A stretch of DNA of 64,000 nucleotides. Origin: Candidatus Poseidoniaceae archaeon. GTDB taxonomy: Archaea > Thermoplasmatota > Poseidoniia > Poseidoniales > Poseidoniaceae. The stretch covers positions 10,859 to 74,858 of the forward strand of contig JBMTJI010000006.1 in NCBI GenBank assembly GCA_049438185.1, read 5' to 3'. This document shows positions 48,201 to 57,344 of this stretch, in pieces. The stretch's first letter is position 1, and each line of letters opens with the position of its first letter. A program made the translations under genes and the position numbers. The notes below the pieces were generated by a model. That model made no database searches, was not told the origin of the DNA, and worked only from the letters and a program-made list of their open reading frames with translations.

Positions 48201-50570
48201 GACGTCAATGTCTCCGAACAATACTTCATTCTTGGCTTCTCTCATAAGCAGCGAGTTTTCCATTGTTCGATGTCTTGTAAGCAAAGCCTCTGCCTTTTGT
48301 TGGAATTGTTGCGGACTAATTTCTTCTGCACCAACACGTTTTGGAATGATCATCGAACGTCCAGCAACTTCTCGAAATCGCTTTGCAAAAATTTGTGTGT
48401 TGATGATGTATCGTTCAATTACTTCGATATGGTTGTTTGAACGGAATGCTTCGTACAATTGTCCTGGGTCGACTTCTTGAGCCGTTCGAATCAGTAACCC
48501 ATTCTCATCAAAAGACAGTTCGATGACACTCACGCCAGAAGTTTCTGCAATTCCGGCCATAAAATAACCAAGTGCAGTATTGAATGCACGTCCCCTACAT
48601 GTCGTAATCAAGTACGCTGGATGTCCTGTGCCGATGATTTGTTCGATAAGGATACGATTTGCCTCAGGAACCTGGAAACTATCGATGGTGTGTTCTTCCA
48701 GATGACGGGCGATTGCATTCGAAACAGGTGTAGAGAGGCCATATGCGTCACGAAGGACAACGCGCGGGTCTTCCTCCCTGCGTAATGAAATCATGCAGTG
48801 TTGAATCAAGGAGAGAAGTGATGATGACAATTCACGGCTCCTTGACCTTGCTTCACCTGACCACGATGGGACTGTTGGTCTGTATCCGGTGACACTTGAC
48901 ACATTGACACGGGTACCCTGAATGTTGGTAACCCGATAGGTGGAACCACCAAGGAGGATGACGTCACCTCCCCGCAAATTCGAAACGAAGGAACCTGAAA
49001 GTTGTCCAAGAATCGACCCCTCTGCATTGAAAACCAGATAGGAATTGTCAGGAGCAATCGTACCGATGTTGGTATAATAGATCATTCGAGAATAGCCTCG
49101 TTTTCCGTACGTGTTGTCTTCCCAGTCAATCCATACACGACGTTCTTCCTCAAGCATATCCAAAACTTCAATGAAATCATCGTATTCAAAATTTCTATAA
49201 TTCCATGCACTGGAGACGATTTCAAAGGCTTCATCGATGTCGATTTCATTGATAATCACCAAACCAATGAGGAATTGTGCGACAACATCGAGACAATTTT
49301 CTGGGAAATCAAGACGATCCATATCTCCGGATTGAATGGCTGCTTGCAAGGCAGCAAGCTCAATCAAATCATCGACACTGGAAGGTAAGAATCGTGCACG
49401 AGGTATACCACCTACATGGTGTCCAGCACGTCCAATTCGTTGCAATGCTGTAGCAATGTCGCCAGGCGATCCAAGTTGAATCACCATGTCAACCGTACCG
49501 ATGTCGATACCCATTTCCAATGATGAGGATGTAACTACAGCCCTGAGGTGGCCATTTTTCAGTTGCTGCTCAACGTTGAGTCGAATCTTTTTATCCATTG
49601 AACCATGATGGCCAGCAACCAATTCACCCAAGCCAAACTCAGGACGTCGGAGTCGCTGAACAAGGGTTTCTGTCATCTTTCGGGTGTTTGCAAAGACCAG
49701 TGTGGTTGTGTGTGCTGCGATAAGATCGGCAATGACGCTGATGTTTTCATCCAAAACTTTCAGGACGGGTAAATCACTAAATTTTGGATGAGGTAGCAAA
49801 ATATCCAGATCAAGTTCTCTTGAACCAGAGACTTTTGCAATGTGGACTTGTTGTCCCTCGCCTCGTGATTCCCGATCATCACTTGCCACCAAATACTCTG
49901 CAACGGTTTCGAGCGGTTCCATGGTGGCTGAAATACCGATACGTTGTACTGGTCGTTCGAGGAGTGTGTCAAGATAAGCAAGCGTGAGTGCAAGGTGGAC
50001 ACCACGTTTGGTTGGCACCAGCGAATGCAATTCATCAATAATCATGTATTCAACATCACTTATGATTGGTTGAAACTTTGGTGAAGTAATAGCAATTGCA
50101 AGGCTTTCCGGTGTTGTGATAAGAATGTGTGGAGGATTTCGAAGCATCTTTTGCCGTTCTGATTGCGGTGTATCTCCAGTGCGCAATCCAACTCGAATTT
50201 CTTGCGCCCTGTCAGGCAAAAAGCGCTCAGAGATTTCATTCAGTGGGCCGATGAGATTCTTTTGAATATCATTTGCAAGCGCTTTGATTGGAGAAATATA
50301 CACGCAATGAATTCGCTTTTCCAATTTCCCATCAAGTGCTTTTCGTACCAGTTGATCGATAATCGTAAGGAATGCGGTCAATGTTTTTCCAGACCCTGTT
50401 GGAGAACACAACAAGAGGTGGCCACCGTCCATAATGGTTGGAATGGCTAGTTTTTGTGGCCGAGTGAAATCAGGAAATTTATCCTTGAACCAATTTCGGA
50501 CTGGTGGACACAATTTGTCCATCAGAGCATCCGTTTCGGTTGGATGTTGGAGATATGTAATCTCAGGCAT
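45279..50570 (-). CDS. lhr: Lhr-family SF2 helicase with long C-terminal extension
   Basis: SPTGSGKT, SPIKALAND, TTPESL, DELH, SAT, HHGS, LEMGID and QRIGRAGH; GGTGA RBS. Confidence 0.92.
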   Translation of the reverse strand: MPEITYLQHPTETDALMDKLCPPVRNWFKDKFPDFTRPQKLAIPTIMDGGHLLLCSPTGSGKTLTAFLTIIDQLVRKALDGKLEKRIHCVYISPIKALANDIQKNLIGPLNEISERFLPDRAQEIRVGLRTGDTPQSERQKMLRNPPHILITTPESLAIAITSPKFQPIISDVEYMIIDELHSLVPTKRGVHLALTLAYLDTLLERPVQRIGISATMEPLETVAEYLVASDDRESRGEGQQVHIAKVSGSRELDLDILLPHPKFSDLPVLKVLDENISVIADLIAAHTTTLVFANTRKMTETLVQRLRRPEFGLGELVAGHHGSMDKKIRLNVEQQLKNGHLRAVVTSSSLEMGIDIGTVDMVIQLGSPGDIATALQRIGRAGHHVGGIPRARFLPSSVDDLIELAALQAAIQSGDMDRLDFPENCLDVVAQFLIGLVIINEIDIDEAFEIVSSAWNYRNFEYDDFIEVLDMLEEERRVWIDWEDNTYGKRGYSRMIYYTNIGTIAPDNSYLVFNAEGSILGQLSGSFVSNLRGGDVILLGGSTYRVTNIQGTRVNVSSVTGYRPTVPSWSGEARSRSRELSSSLLSLIQHCMISLRREEDPRVVLRDAYGLSTPVSNAIARHLEEHTIDSFQVPEANRILIEQIIGTGHPAYLITTCRGRAFNTALGYFMAGIAETSGVSVIELSFDENGLLIRTAQEVDPGQLYEAFRSNNHIEVIERYIINTQIFAKRFREVAGRSMIIPKRVGAEEISPQQFQQKAEALLTRHRTMENSLLMREAKNEVLFGDIDVFGLNQFLESCIEGDARIVHTKVTIPSRLGMSLYMSAFEDLMSMKTRAFLVKDIDPEVLRRLMGTRSLATEMTKEQLDKYYTDKAPVPHSPQTLYELMQHGGGLDREFNNPLYREKLEGIDLDLIRTWVEELCKGGKITKIDGTGEPEIDGKWFNPFMAEIHGTLACLASNDSKSIVDLRDYDTKGMSFKIANEFDKTTPTKWKTVSVGDPHEALRVKVLEILGSEGPKTTEVLHQRLPFSEKSVDRIVHELETRNVLSVGFFTQTDEAELILKVDEHRITGGEEDIVEYRWIQNLVLDKSFKKYDDVFEAFNEHVLVQKQQELLYRIEDFRFKDWKDLQLDSDVVSGRLLHNRMGYTTKNNIPMLLGLKPEPWIGAMEEVVLSKLDPEENITRQELVQDFPKGEEHRQMERDVKNAISNLDRQMLFVKQFEEVIGRRRRLSLFHKVYGVYKPMDFEDALEEVVRRMGPVKASTLRFYVSRNYEDLLVALHNLETSGRISKVTALVPDTEDFYCTPTEVEMLQVPRREDRTIRILTQSDPYVSRFIWEVRSALDRGWYLPVFKGVDPVGKVLMFRVNDYLEIKDMHVPTAYFEEFCDAFLILLENHADQLVDVAVLTNVNSEPISELSKPMRDGLERIGFKQVGERMIRGGVVDPQPREIAERALFHQHHLHQETRHENETLALRKIKEIRDDFALRGRCEVFRTNLKSMASANRLHKGVNMRGHQVWAPYEYFETLLSIRGIPPEEDLVDIIDFFSSQTDPNIFKERHALTQSEFRKLVQPLIRTGHIVEDFRGGFRAVHPRTDEDPVHLRREYLRNLVKDYPVITIKQLLRLSGTPFKPEELKAVLNEFEEDGTLVKGFLIENLHEVCWGRKELLETAKTINPIRDFVLPPTDPIAPYFGDVLKEKFGFGSAYLVFRNAEPVAAFKANTRNKTIDVTDYEGSEKGWRIVKEFAWEHQMPLHTELRIGGKKIE

Positions 50571-50636
50571 ATTTTTTTCACCAATCTCAGTGGTTTGGAG
50601 GCTAGGTACGATACATATCTATGTTTCGCTTTTCCC

Positions 50637-50951
50637 TTAAGCCCAACCGAGACCCTTTTTGCCCCAGCGTTGCACGGTTTCCGTTTCAGGATTATCCGTT
50701 TCAAGCAACAATGGTGATTGTGTGGAAAGTGGTGGCATAAGAATCTCATGGAGTGCCTTTGTAGGACAAGATCCAATGCAAGAAAGACAGCCTACGCACT
50801 GAGAAGCAACAACAACAACGGGTCGCTTCTTGTGCTTCCGATCGGTTGGATTCTCTGTCAATGGGAGAAGTGCTTCAAATGGGCAATGTGGTATGCACAA
50901 ATCACATCCTGTACAATCCGCTTCGGTAATCGCTACCATGGACTGTCCCAT
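50637..50951 (-). CDS. 2x[4Fe-4S] ferredoxin
   Basis: CTGCDLCIPHCP and CVGCLSCIGSCP; TTCAAAAA box ends 21 nt before ATG 50951. Confidence 0.88.
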   Translation of the reverse strand: MGQSMVAITEADCTGCDLCIPHCPFEALLPLTENPTDRKHKKRPVVVVASQCVGCLSCIGSCPTKALHEILMPPLSTQSPLLLETDNPETETVQRWGKKGLGWA

Positions 50952-51046
50952 GGAATGCCCTATGTGTTCAGGTTTTTGAATCCAAGCCTTTGTTCCAGAG
51001 GTCAAGTTGAAATGCCATCTCCATCAGGAAGAGATGAGGGGATTTC

Positions 51047-52723
51047 TTGTCCAAAGATGATGCACGTCTTGAACGGTTGCAAGGAATGTTGCGTCAGCGT
51101 GGTATCCTTCTGCCTGCATTCGATATGTACGGTGGTGCAAAAGGATTGTACGATTTTGGCCCAGTTGGAGGCCGACTTCGCTCTCGATTGAACCAGGTCT
51201 GGCTCGACCATTGGCTCTCAATGGGTGACATCGTGGAAATTTCTTGTCCAACCGTGACGCCATATGAAGTTCTTGAAGCGAGTGGACATGTAGGTGAATT
51301 TTCAGATTTCATGACGGTTTGCAATCAATGTGACGAGGCGAGTCGTGCTGATACCCTCTTGGAAGAACATCACCCAAATCCAGATGCATTATCAAAATCA
51401 GAATTGCAGGAGATGTTAACGATGAACAACCCGTCGTGCCCATCCTGTTCTTCATCTGATTGGAGTGAAATCGTTGCTCAAAATTTGATGTTTTCAACGA
51501 CCATCGGCGCTGGAACCTCTGGCCGTCAAGGATTTATGCGGCCAGAGACGGCTCAAGGTATGTTTACCTCGTTCCCATCGTTGTACCGACACTTCAGAGA
51601 GCGACTTCCGTTCGGTGCTGTGCAGGTTGGAAAGGGTTACAGGAATGAGATTTCTCCACGCCAAGGAATGATTCGCCTCCGTGAATTCAATATGGCTGAA
51701 TTGGAATATTTCATCGATCCCAACCAACCCATCGATCACGATTTCTCTGCATGGATGTCAACTGAGTTCAACCTCATCGATGGTGATGGAAACATGCACC
51801 AAATGACACTTGCAACAGCCGTTGAGAAGAGCTTAGTCCGACATGCTACGGTTGGTTTTTTCATGGGTAAGACCTATGATTTTCTTACTGGTGTTGGTAT
51901 CGACCCTGCTCGTTTACGATTCCGTCAACATGCTTCGGATGAGATGGCACATTACGCAACGGACTGCTGGGACGCAGAAATTGAAGGTTCGTATGGATGG
52001 ATTGAATGCGTTGGCATTGCCCATCGAGGATGTTATGATTTAGAAGCACACGAAAAGGCGACTGGAAAAACGCTTCGAGCACGACGGGAATTCTTGGAGC
52101 CTAAAATTGTCGAAATCGACGGTTGGACGATTGACGGCGGCGTTGCAGGTCCTGCCTTCCGCGCTGATGCAGGACAGGTCAAGAGCATCGTTGAAACACT
52201 CGATTCGGACGTGGATTTCCCCATTGACGTCACCCTCTCGGATGGCCGCACATTGACAGTAGGGGTAGAGCACGTTAAGCGAGTACAGAAGACCGTTAAG
52301 GAAACGGGCGAATGGTTCATTCCTCATGTTGTCGAACCTGCATTTGGAATTGACAGAATTTTATGGCATGTTCTTGATCATGCCTTTGTTGAAACAGAAA
52401 AGAGTGGCGAACCTTATCGTATGCTCAAATTATCAACCTTGATTGCGCCTATCGATGTTGCCATACTCCCACTCTTTGAGAAGGACGGTATGGGTGATTT
52501 GGCGAATCAAATCCATCGACGTTGTTGTCAAACCTCAGGGATTGTCTCCCTTTATGATGGTAGTGGATCCATCGGAAAACGATATGCTCGTGCTGATGAA
52601 ATTGGTGTTCCGATTTGCATTACGGTCGATCACCAATCCATCGAAGATGGGACGGTTACAATTCGACATCGCAACGATGGTTCACAAACGCGAATAACAA
52701 TCGATGAACTCCCATTCTTTTGA
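51047..52723 (+). CDS. glyS: Glycine-tRNA ligase (alpha2 type)
   Basis: RPETAQG, RNEISPRQG..RLREF, MAHYA.DCWD, EPAFGIDR and SIGKRYARADE motifs. Confidence 0.96.
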   Translation: MSKDDARLERLQGMLRQRGILLPAFDMYGGAKGLYDFGPVGGRLRSRLNQVWLDHWLSMGDIVEISCPTVTPYEVLEASGHVGEFSDFMTVCNQCDEASRADTLLEEHHPNPDALSKSELQEMLTMNNPSCPSCSSSDWSEIVAQNLMFSTTIGAGTSGRQGFMRPETAQGMFTSFPSLYRHFRERLPFGAVQVGKGYRNEISPRQGMIRLREFNMAELEYFIDPNQPIDHDFSAWMSTEFNLIDGDGNMHQMTLATAVEKSLVRHATVGFFMGKTYDFLTGVGIDPARLRFRQHASDEMAHYATDCWDAEIEGSYGWIECVGIAHRGCYDLEAHEKATGKTLRARREFLEPKIVEIDGWTIDGGVAGPAFRADAGQVKSIVETLDSDVDFPIDVTLSDGRTLTVGVEHVKRVQKTVKETGEWFIPHVVEPAFGIDRILWHVLDHAFVETEKSGEPYRMLKLSTLIAPIDVAILPLFEKDGMGDLANQIHRRCCQTSGIVSLYDGSGSIGKRYARADEIGVPICITVDHQSIEDGTVTIRHRNDGSQTRITIDELPFF

Positions 52724-52765
52724 GAGTAGAAACATCTTCAAGAACCGTCGTTAGGTTGGAAAACT

Positions 52766-54292
52766 ATGACCGGTGCTTCAGATTGGACTGAACGGCACCG
52801 CCCCACTTCGGAACACCAACTCGAAGGCAATGAAGGTCAACGACGTAAAATCCGTGAATGGCTCGATGACTGGGTCAAAGGTCAACCGAAAAAGAAAGGA
52901 ATTCTCCTCGTCGGACCTCCTGGTGTTGGAAAGACAACGGTTGCTCGTGCGATAGCTCAGGATATGGGTTGGACGGTCATTGAACTCAATGCGAGCGATG
53001 CTCGGAATGCAATTGCTATACGTAAGGCTGCAACACAATCATCAACACATCGTTCTCTGTTTCACGATCCAAACAAACCTCAGCAACGTACGCTGATTCT
53101 CTTGGACGAGGTTGATCATATTGGGGGCGGTCTACGTGCCGTGAGTGAGGATCGTATCCGGAAAGGCATTGAGGACGATGAAACCGTATCGCTCGCTGGT
53201 GATTCAGGTGGTAAAGCAGAATTGTTGCGACTTCTTGAATCAACAAAGCAACCCGTGATTTTAGCATGCAACGATGTGATGGGGCTCTGGGGACGCTCAT
53301 CATCGACATGGAGGAACACGAAAGATCGATTTAATCGTCACCTCATCACGGTCACATTCGATCGAGTTTCCGATGAAGCACTTCGCAGAATTGCTCGCCG
53401 GGTTCTCCGTGAAGAAGGCATAGGCTATACAAACGATGCAATCGATACGCTTGTTCATGGAAATCATGGGGACTTGCGCGCCTTGGTTCGCGATTTGCAA
53501 GTGCTTTCATCCGGAGACATTGAAGCACTCAACTCCGAGATGGTGAGAGAACATCTTGCAGCCGGTGTACGTGATATGACGACGGAGGTCTTTCCTGGGA
53601 TGGAATCATTGTATCGTTCGGAATCTGCAACAGATGCGGTTACCATTGGGCGCAGTATCGATAAACAACCCTCTGATTTGATGAATTGGGTGCACTGGAA
53701 CAACGCATCTCTATTCGATGAAGTTGCTATGAGGCGAGGTTCGAAGGCATTGATTCTCGCTGATCGTTCTGTTGAGAGCCGTTATCGCGACCTTGCACAT
53801 CACTCCTCATACTGGACCTTGCACTTGTCCTCCCTGTCTGCTAGCGTTGCGAACAACACGCCTTTGCCAAGCAGAATTTATCCAAGTTATCCGAATTACT
53901 TGAGGCGGTCTGGATCTTGGGCTCGTCCGGCCATCATCAATCACCTTGCAGACTTATCAAAAACCAGTAAATCAACAGTGAGAAGGGAATTCATGCCGCT
54001 CTTAAGTGCTCTACATCAAGAAAACCCAGTGTTTGGCGATCCGAATCGGTTTGAGGTATCACTTGCATTGGGACTTAGTGCCGATGAGCATGCTGCATTG
54101 TGCAATCTACCAGTCTCTCGTAAATCAACAAAGGCATTGATTCAGGCTTACGAAAAGGCAGAGGAGCAATGGAAAGATCCCGTTATAAATTCTGTACTTG
54201 AGGAGTTCCATGAAGATGTATCTGAACCGGCATCTGAGATTGAAGAAGAACCTGAATCAAAAAGAGACTCAGCTCAAAGGACCTTGTTCTGA
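52766..54292 (+). CDS. rfcL: Replication factor C large subunit
   Basis: WTERHRP, GPPGVGKTT, ELNASD.R, LLDEVD and GDLR motifs. Confidence 0.9.
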   Translation: MTGASDWTERHRPTSEHQLEGNEGQRRKIREWLDDWVKGQPKKKGILLVGPPGVGKTTVARAIAQDMGWTVIELNASDARNAIAIRKAATQSSTHRSLFHDPNKPQQRTLILLDEVDHIGGGLRAVSEDRIRKGIEDDETVSLAGDSGGKAELLRLLESTKQPVILACNDVMGLWGRSSSTWRNTKDRFNRHLITVTFDRVSDEALRRIARRVLREEGIGYTNDAIDTLVHGNHGDLRALVRDLQVLSSGDIEALNSEMVREHLAAGVRDMTTEVFPGMESLYRSESATDAVTIGRSIDKQPSDLMNWVHWNNASLFDEVAMRRGSKALILADRSVESRYRDLAHHSSYWTLHLSSLSASVANNTPLPSRIYPSYPNYLRRSGSWARPAIINHLADLSKTSKSTVRREFMPLLSALHQENPVFGDPNRFEVSLALGLSADEHAALCNLPVSRKSTKALIQAYEKAEEQWKDPVINSVLEEFHEDVSEPASEIEEEPESKRDSAQRTLF

Positions 54293-55909
54293 TTCTTGAT
54301 GTGGTTCCCTTGATATCATGCGCTTGAGACGAGCCAATGCCCCTCGGGGAGCTTGATCTTTGGACTCAGACCGCCATGTATGTGGATGCAAGAGAATAAC
54401 GGCGGTTAACAATTCCAAACGACCAAACCACATCAGAATCGATGTCAACAACAGTGCTCCAGAATTGAGCCCTGCCCACGTTTCTGTAGGGCCATAATTC
54501 CCAATCGTAGGTCCAGTGTTTCCAAGACTTGATGCGACCAGTGCCAAAATAGATTCAAAATCTTCACCAGGTACAATAAAGGCGAGCAAAATCGATGATA
54601 TCGCAAACAATCCAATCCAGACGAACAACATCCCAACGATGAGTCCTAGTTGTTGATTGCCAACGACCTTTCCATTCATTCGAATGGTCTGAACCTTTCG
54701 TGGCTGCGCAATTCGAACCAATTCACGCATGGCGACTTTGAACGCCAAATTGATTCGCAGAAGTTTCAATCCACCGCTTGTACTTCCTGCAGAAGCACCA
54801 ACGATCATCAACACGAACAAGAACAAATGTGTAACAACTGGCCATTGCATGTAATCGGTCGATGTATATCCTGTCGACGTTCCAAGAGAAACAACATGGA
54901 ACAATGAATCGATGAACGAGTCGACGGTTGTGTAATCGCGTGTTGCAAGTAGCGCAATGGTGATGAACAGGAAGGTCGTGAGAATGTAAACAACATAATT
55001 TTTGAATTCCTCATCTTGAGTTGCCTTACGAAATTGCCCTTCTCGAATGAACCATAAAAGTGTGAAATTGATTCCTCCGATAAACATGAACAAGATGATG
55101 ATTAACTCAACAGTGTAGGATTCAAAATGACCGATGCTCGCATCATACGTCGAGAATCCACCTGTTGGCATCGTGGTTAATGCGTGATTGATCGAATCGA
55201 ACCAATCCATGCCACCAATCGACCACAACAGACCAAATTCAAGTAACGTAAGTGCGAGATACAGACCCCATAGCGCCAAGGCAGTTTCTTGGAGTTTCGG
55301 CTTCAACCTTGACAAGGATGGTCCCGTTAATTCCGCACGTGCGAGCGCCATCCCACCACCGATAACGCGCGACAAAATCATCATCCCAAGCATAATGATC
55401 CCCATACCTCCGAACCATTGTGTTAAGGAACGCCAAAACAACAGTCCACGGGGTTGTGAGTTGATACAATCCATTCCAGGTAGACAGTTTGGACTCATCG
55501 AGGTTGAAATAACGGTCGCTCCTGTTGTGGAGAATCCAGACATTGATTCGAACCATGCATTCACGGCTCCACGTGCAACATCTGCAAACGATGACCCATC
55601 TGTAAATGGCCCATGGAACATCCCTCCAAGCCAATACGGTAATGCTCCAATAAAGACTGCGAGAGGCCATACAAGGGCAACTGCAGCGAATGCTTCACGA
55701 TCCCGCAAACGCATGTGTGTGTTTCGTTTTGTTCCAAATCGTAACATCAAAGATCCAATGAGCAGTGATAGACCTGCTGGAATCGAGAATGCTCTTAACG
55801 CGAGTTCCCAATTGTCGAGGTAACCCGTTACGATAACACACAACAACAGAGGGACAGTTAACGCTACAAGCGTCCATCCCAGAATTAGGTTGAGTACGTC
55901 AAACCGCAT
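54269..55909 (-). CDS. trkH: Trk potassium uptake membrane subunit
   Basis: FESMSGFSTTGAT, TGGFS, GSTSGGLK and GRLE motifs. Confidence 0.93.
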   Translation of the reverse strand: MRFDVLNLILGWTLVALTVPLLLCVIVTGYLDNWELALRAFSIPAGLSLLIGSLMLRFGTKRNTHMRLRDREAFAAVALVWPLAVFIGALPYWLGGMFHGPFTDGSSFADVARGAVNAWFESMSGFSTTGATVISTSMSPNCLPGMDCINSQPRGLLFWRSLTQWFGGMGIIMLGMMILSRVIGGGMALARAELTGPSLSRLKPKLQETALALWGLYLALTLLEFGLLWSIGGMDWFDSINHALTTMPTGGFSTYDASIGHFESYTVELIIILFMFIGGINFTLLWFIREGQFRKATQDEEFKNYVVYILTTFLFITIALLATRDYTTVDSFIDSLFHVVSLGTSTGYTSTDYMQWPVVTHLFLFVLMIVGASAGSTSGGLKLLRINLAFKVAMRELVRIAQPRKVQTIRMNGKVVGNQQLGLIVGMLFVWIGLFAISSILLAFIVPGEDFESILALVASSLGNTGPTIGNYGPTETWAGLNSGALLLTSILMWFGRLELLTAVILLHPHTWRSESKDQAPRGALARLKRMISREPHQESEQGPLS

Positions 55910-55911
55910 GT

Positions 55912-57333
55912 TTACACCTTGAATCGCTTCTCAAGATCTGCGACTCGATCCGGCCGACAAAACAAGATGAGTCGGTCGCCTTCGACAATGGTCTTTTCAC
56001 GAGCAGGACGGAGCGTTTCCCAAAATCCTGCTGTGTTCCTCCGTTGAATGAAAGCGATTCGAGACCATTCTGGCAATCCGGAATTTCCAATCTTTTTTCC
56101 GGCAAATTTCGATTCCTTAGAAACGGTTTGACTGATTCCTACGACATCGGGTACGTTGGAAAGAATCGCATAAGCACCGGATGCCTTGGTGTGGATGTGA
56201 GCGAGAATATTGTCGACTGCAACACGCTTGATGTCAACTGCGAAGGTAATTCCCATTCGCTGTGTGACGGTGACAAGGTCGGAATCCTTGAGAATCAATC
56301 CAGTTCTTGTAACGCCCATGTCGTTTGCAAGAAGTGCGGCTGCAATGGATATGTGGTCATCTTCAAGAGCAGCAATTGCAATATGGTGCTCTTTGATTCC
56401 GATTTCGGTCAATATATTTCGGTCGAGGAAATCACCATGAATGACATCAAGATTAGCATGAGCCCCTATATCAGATCCAGAGAGATTGTTTGCAGTGTTC
56501 AGATTTCGCTCGATCACAGTTACATAAGCACCATTTCTGAGCCAATTCTCAGCAATTCGACGACCAACATTCGTAGCTCCGATAATAGCAACACGAGGTT
56601 GTGCTGGAAAATCAATGGATTCGTGACCAAATGCGGTCAAGATACGACTAAACGATCCGAGACCACTTGTTGCTACAGCGATACGATCCTTCGGCATCAA
56701 TGTGAAATCCTTGTTTGGGACGGTGCTTGGCTCGCCATCACGCTTTACACCGACAATAAGAGGCAATCCGCCTTCAATACCTAGACTTGCTTCTGCTAAG
56801 GTTTGGTAAATCACTTGTTCAGCATCTTTCGTTACGTTCAATTCGATGATGAATGCCTCATGACCAAACGGTATAACCTCTTCAATTGCAGAGGAGCGAA
56901 GACCGGTTGCAAGGCGTTGGATGGCTCCATCGACAGGATCGATGGCATAATCGACAGCAGCCCATCGTGAAAGATGGCCTTGTTCATGCTCTTTGACATA
57001 GGTTCTGTTTCGGAAGCGTCCGATTGACAAGAGGTTTTGCTTGATGGATACGCCATTCTGTCGTTTGTACTCATCTTCTGCAAGAGCACATGCAATGAGA
57101 TTACGGTCGTCGGAATCCGTTACTGCAACGAAGACTGTAGCATCACCGATTCCAGCCTCTTGGAGCGATTCCCGAGAAGTGATGTCACCATGAATCACTA
57201 AAGCATCCAACGACTGTGCGTTTTTGACTGCTCTCGAATCATTGTCAATCAAGACAACGTCCATGGTTTCTGCACGCATGGCTCGCGCTAATTCTGAACC
57301 AACTCGGCCAGCACCTCCAATGATTACTCGCAT
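55912..57333 (-). CDS. trkA: Trk potassium uptake NAD-binding subunit
   Basis: Two RCK domains (GAGRVG; IIGATNVG). Confidence 0.9.
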   Translation of the reverse strand: MRVIIGGAGRVGSELARAMRAETMDVVLIDNDSRAVKNAQSLDALVIHGDITSRESLQEAGIGDATVFVAVTDSDDRNLIACALAEDEYKRQNGVSIKQNLLSIGRFRNRTYVKEHEQGHLSRWAAVDYAIDPVDGAIQRLATGLRSSAIEEVIPFGHEAFIIELNVTKDAEQVIYQTLAEASLGIEGGLPLIVGVKRDGEPSTVPNKDFTLMPKDRIAVATSGLGSFSRILTAFGHESIDFPAQPRVAIIGATNVGRRIAENWLRNGAYVTVIERNLNTANNLSGSDIGAHANLDVIHGDFLDRNILTEIGIKEHHIAIAALEDDHISIAAALLANDMGVTRTGLILKDSDLVTVTQRMGITFAVDIKRVAVDNILAHIHTKASGAYAILSNVPDVVGISQTVSKESKFAGKKIGNSGLPEWSRIAFIQRRNTAGFWETLRPAREKTIVEGDRLILFCRPDRVADLEKRFKV

Positions 57334-57344
57334 TGTTCATCACC

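Noticed and set aside
50613..50624. ACATA-TC-TATGT inverted repeat upstream of lhr
   Set aside because: 5-bp arms in an AT-rich promoter are expected by chance.
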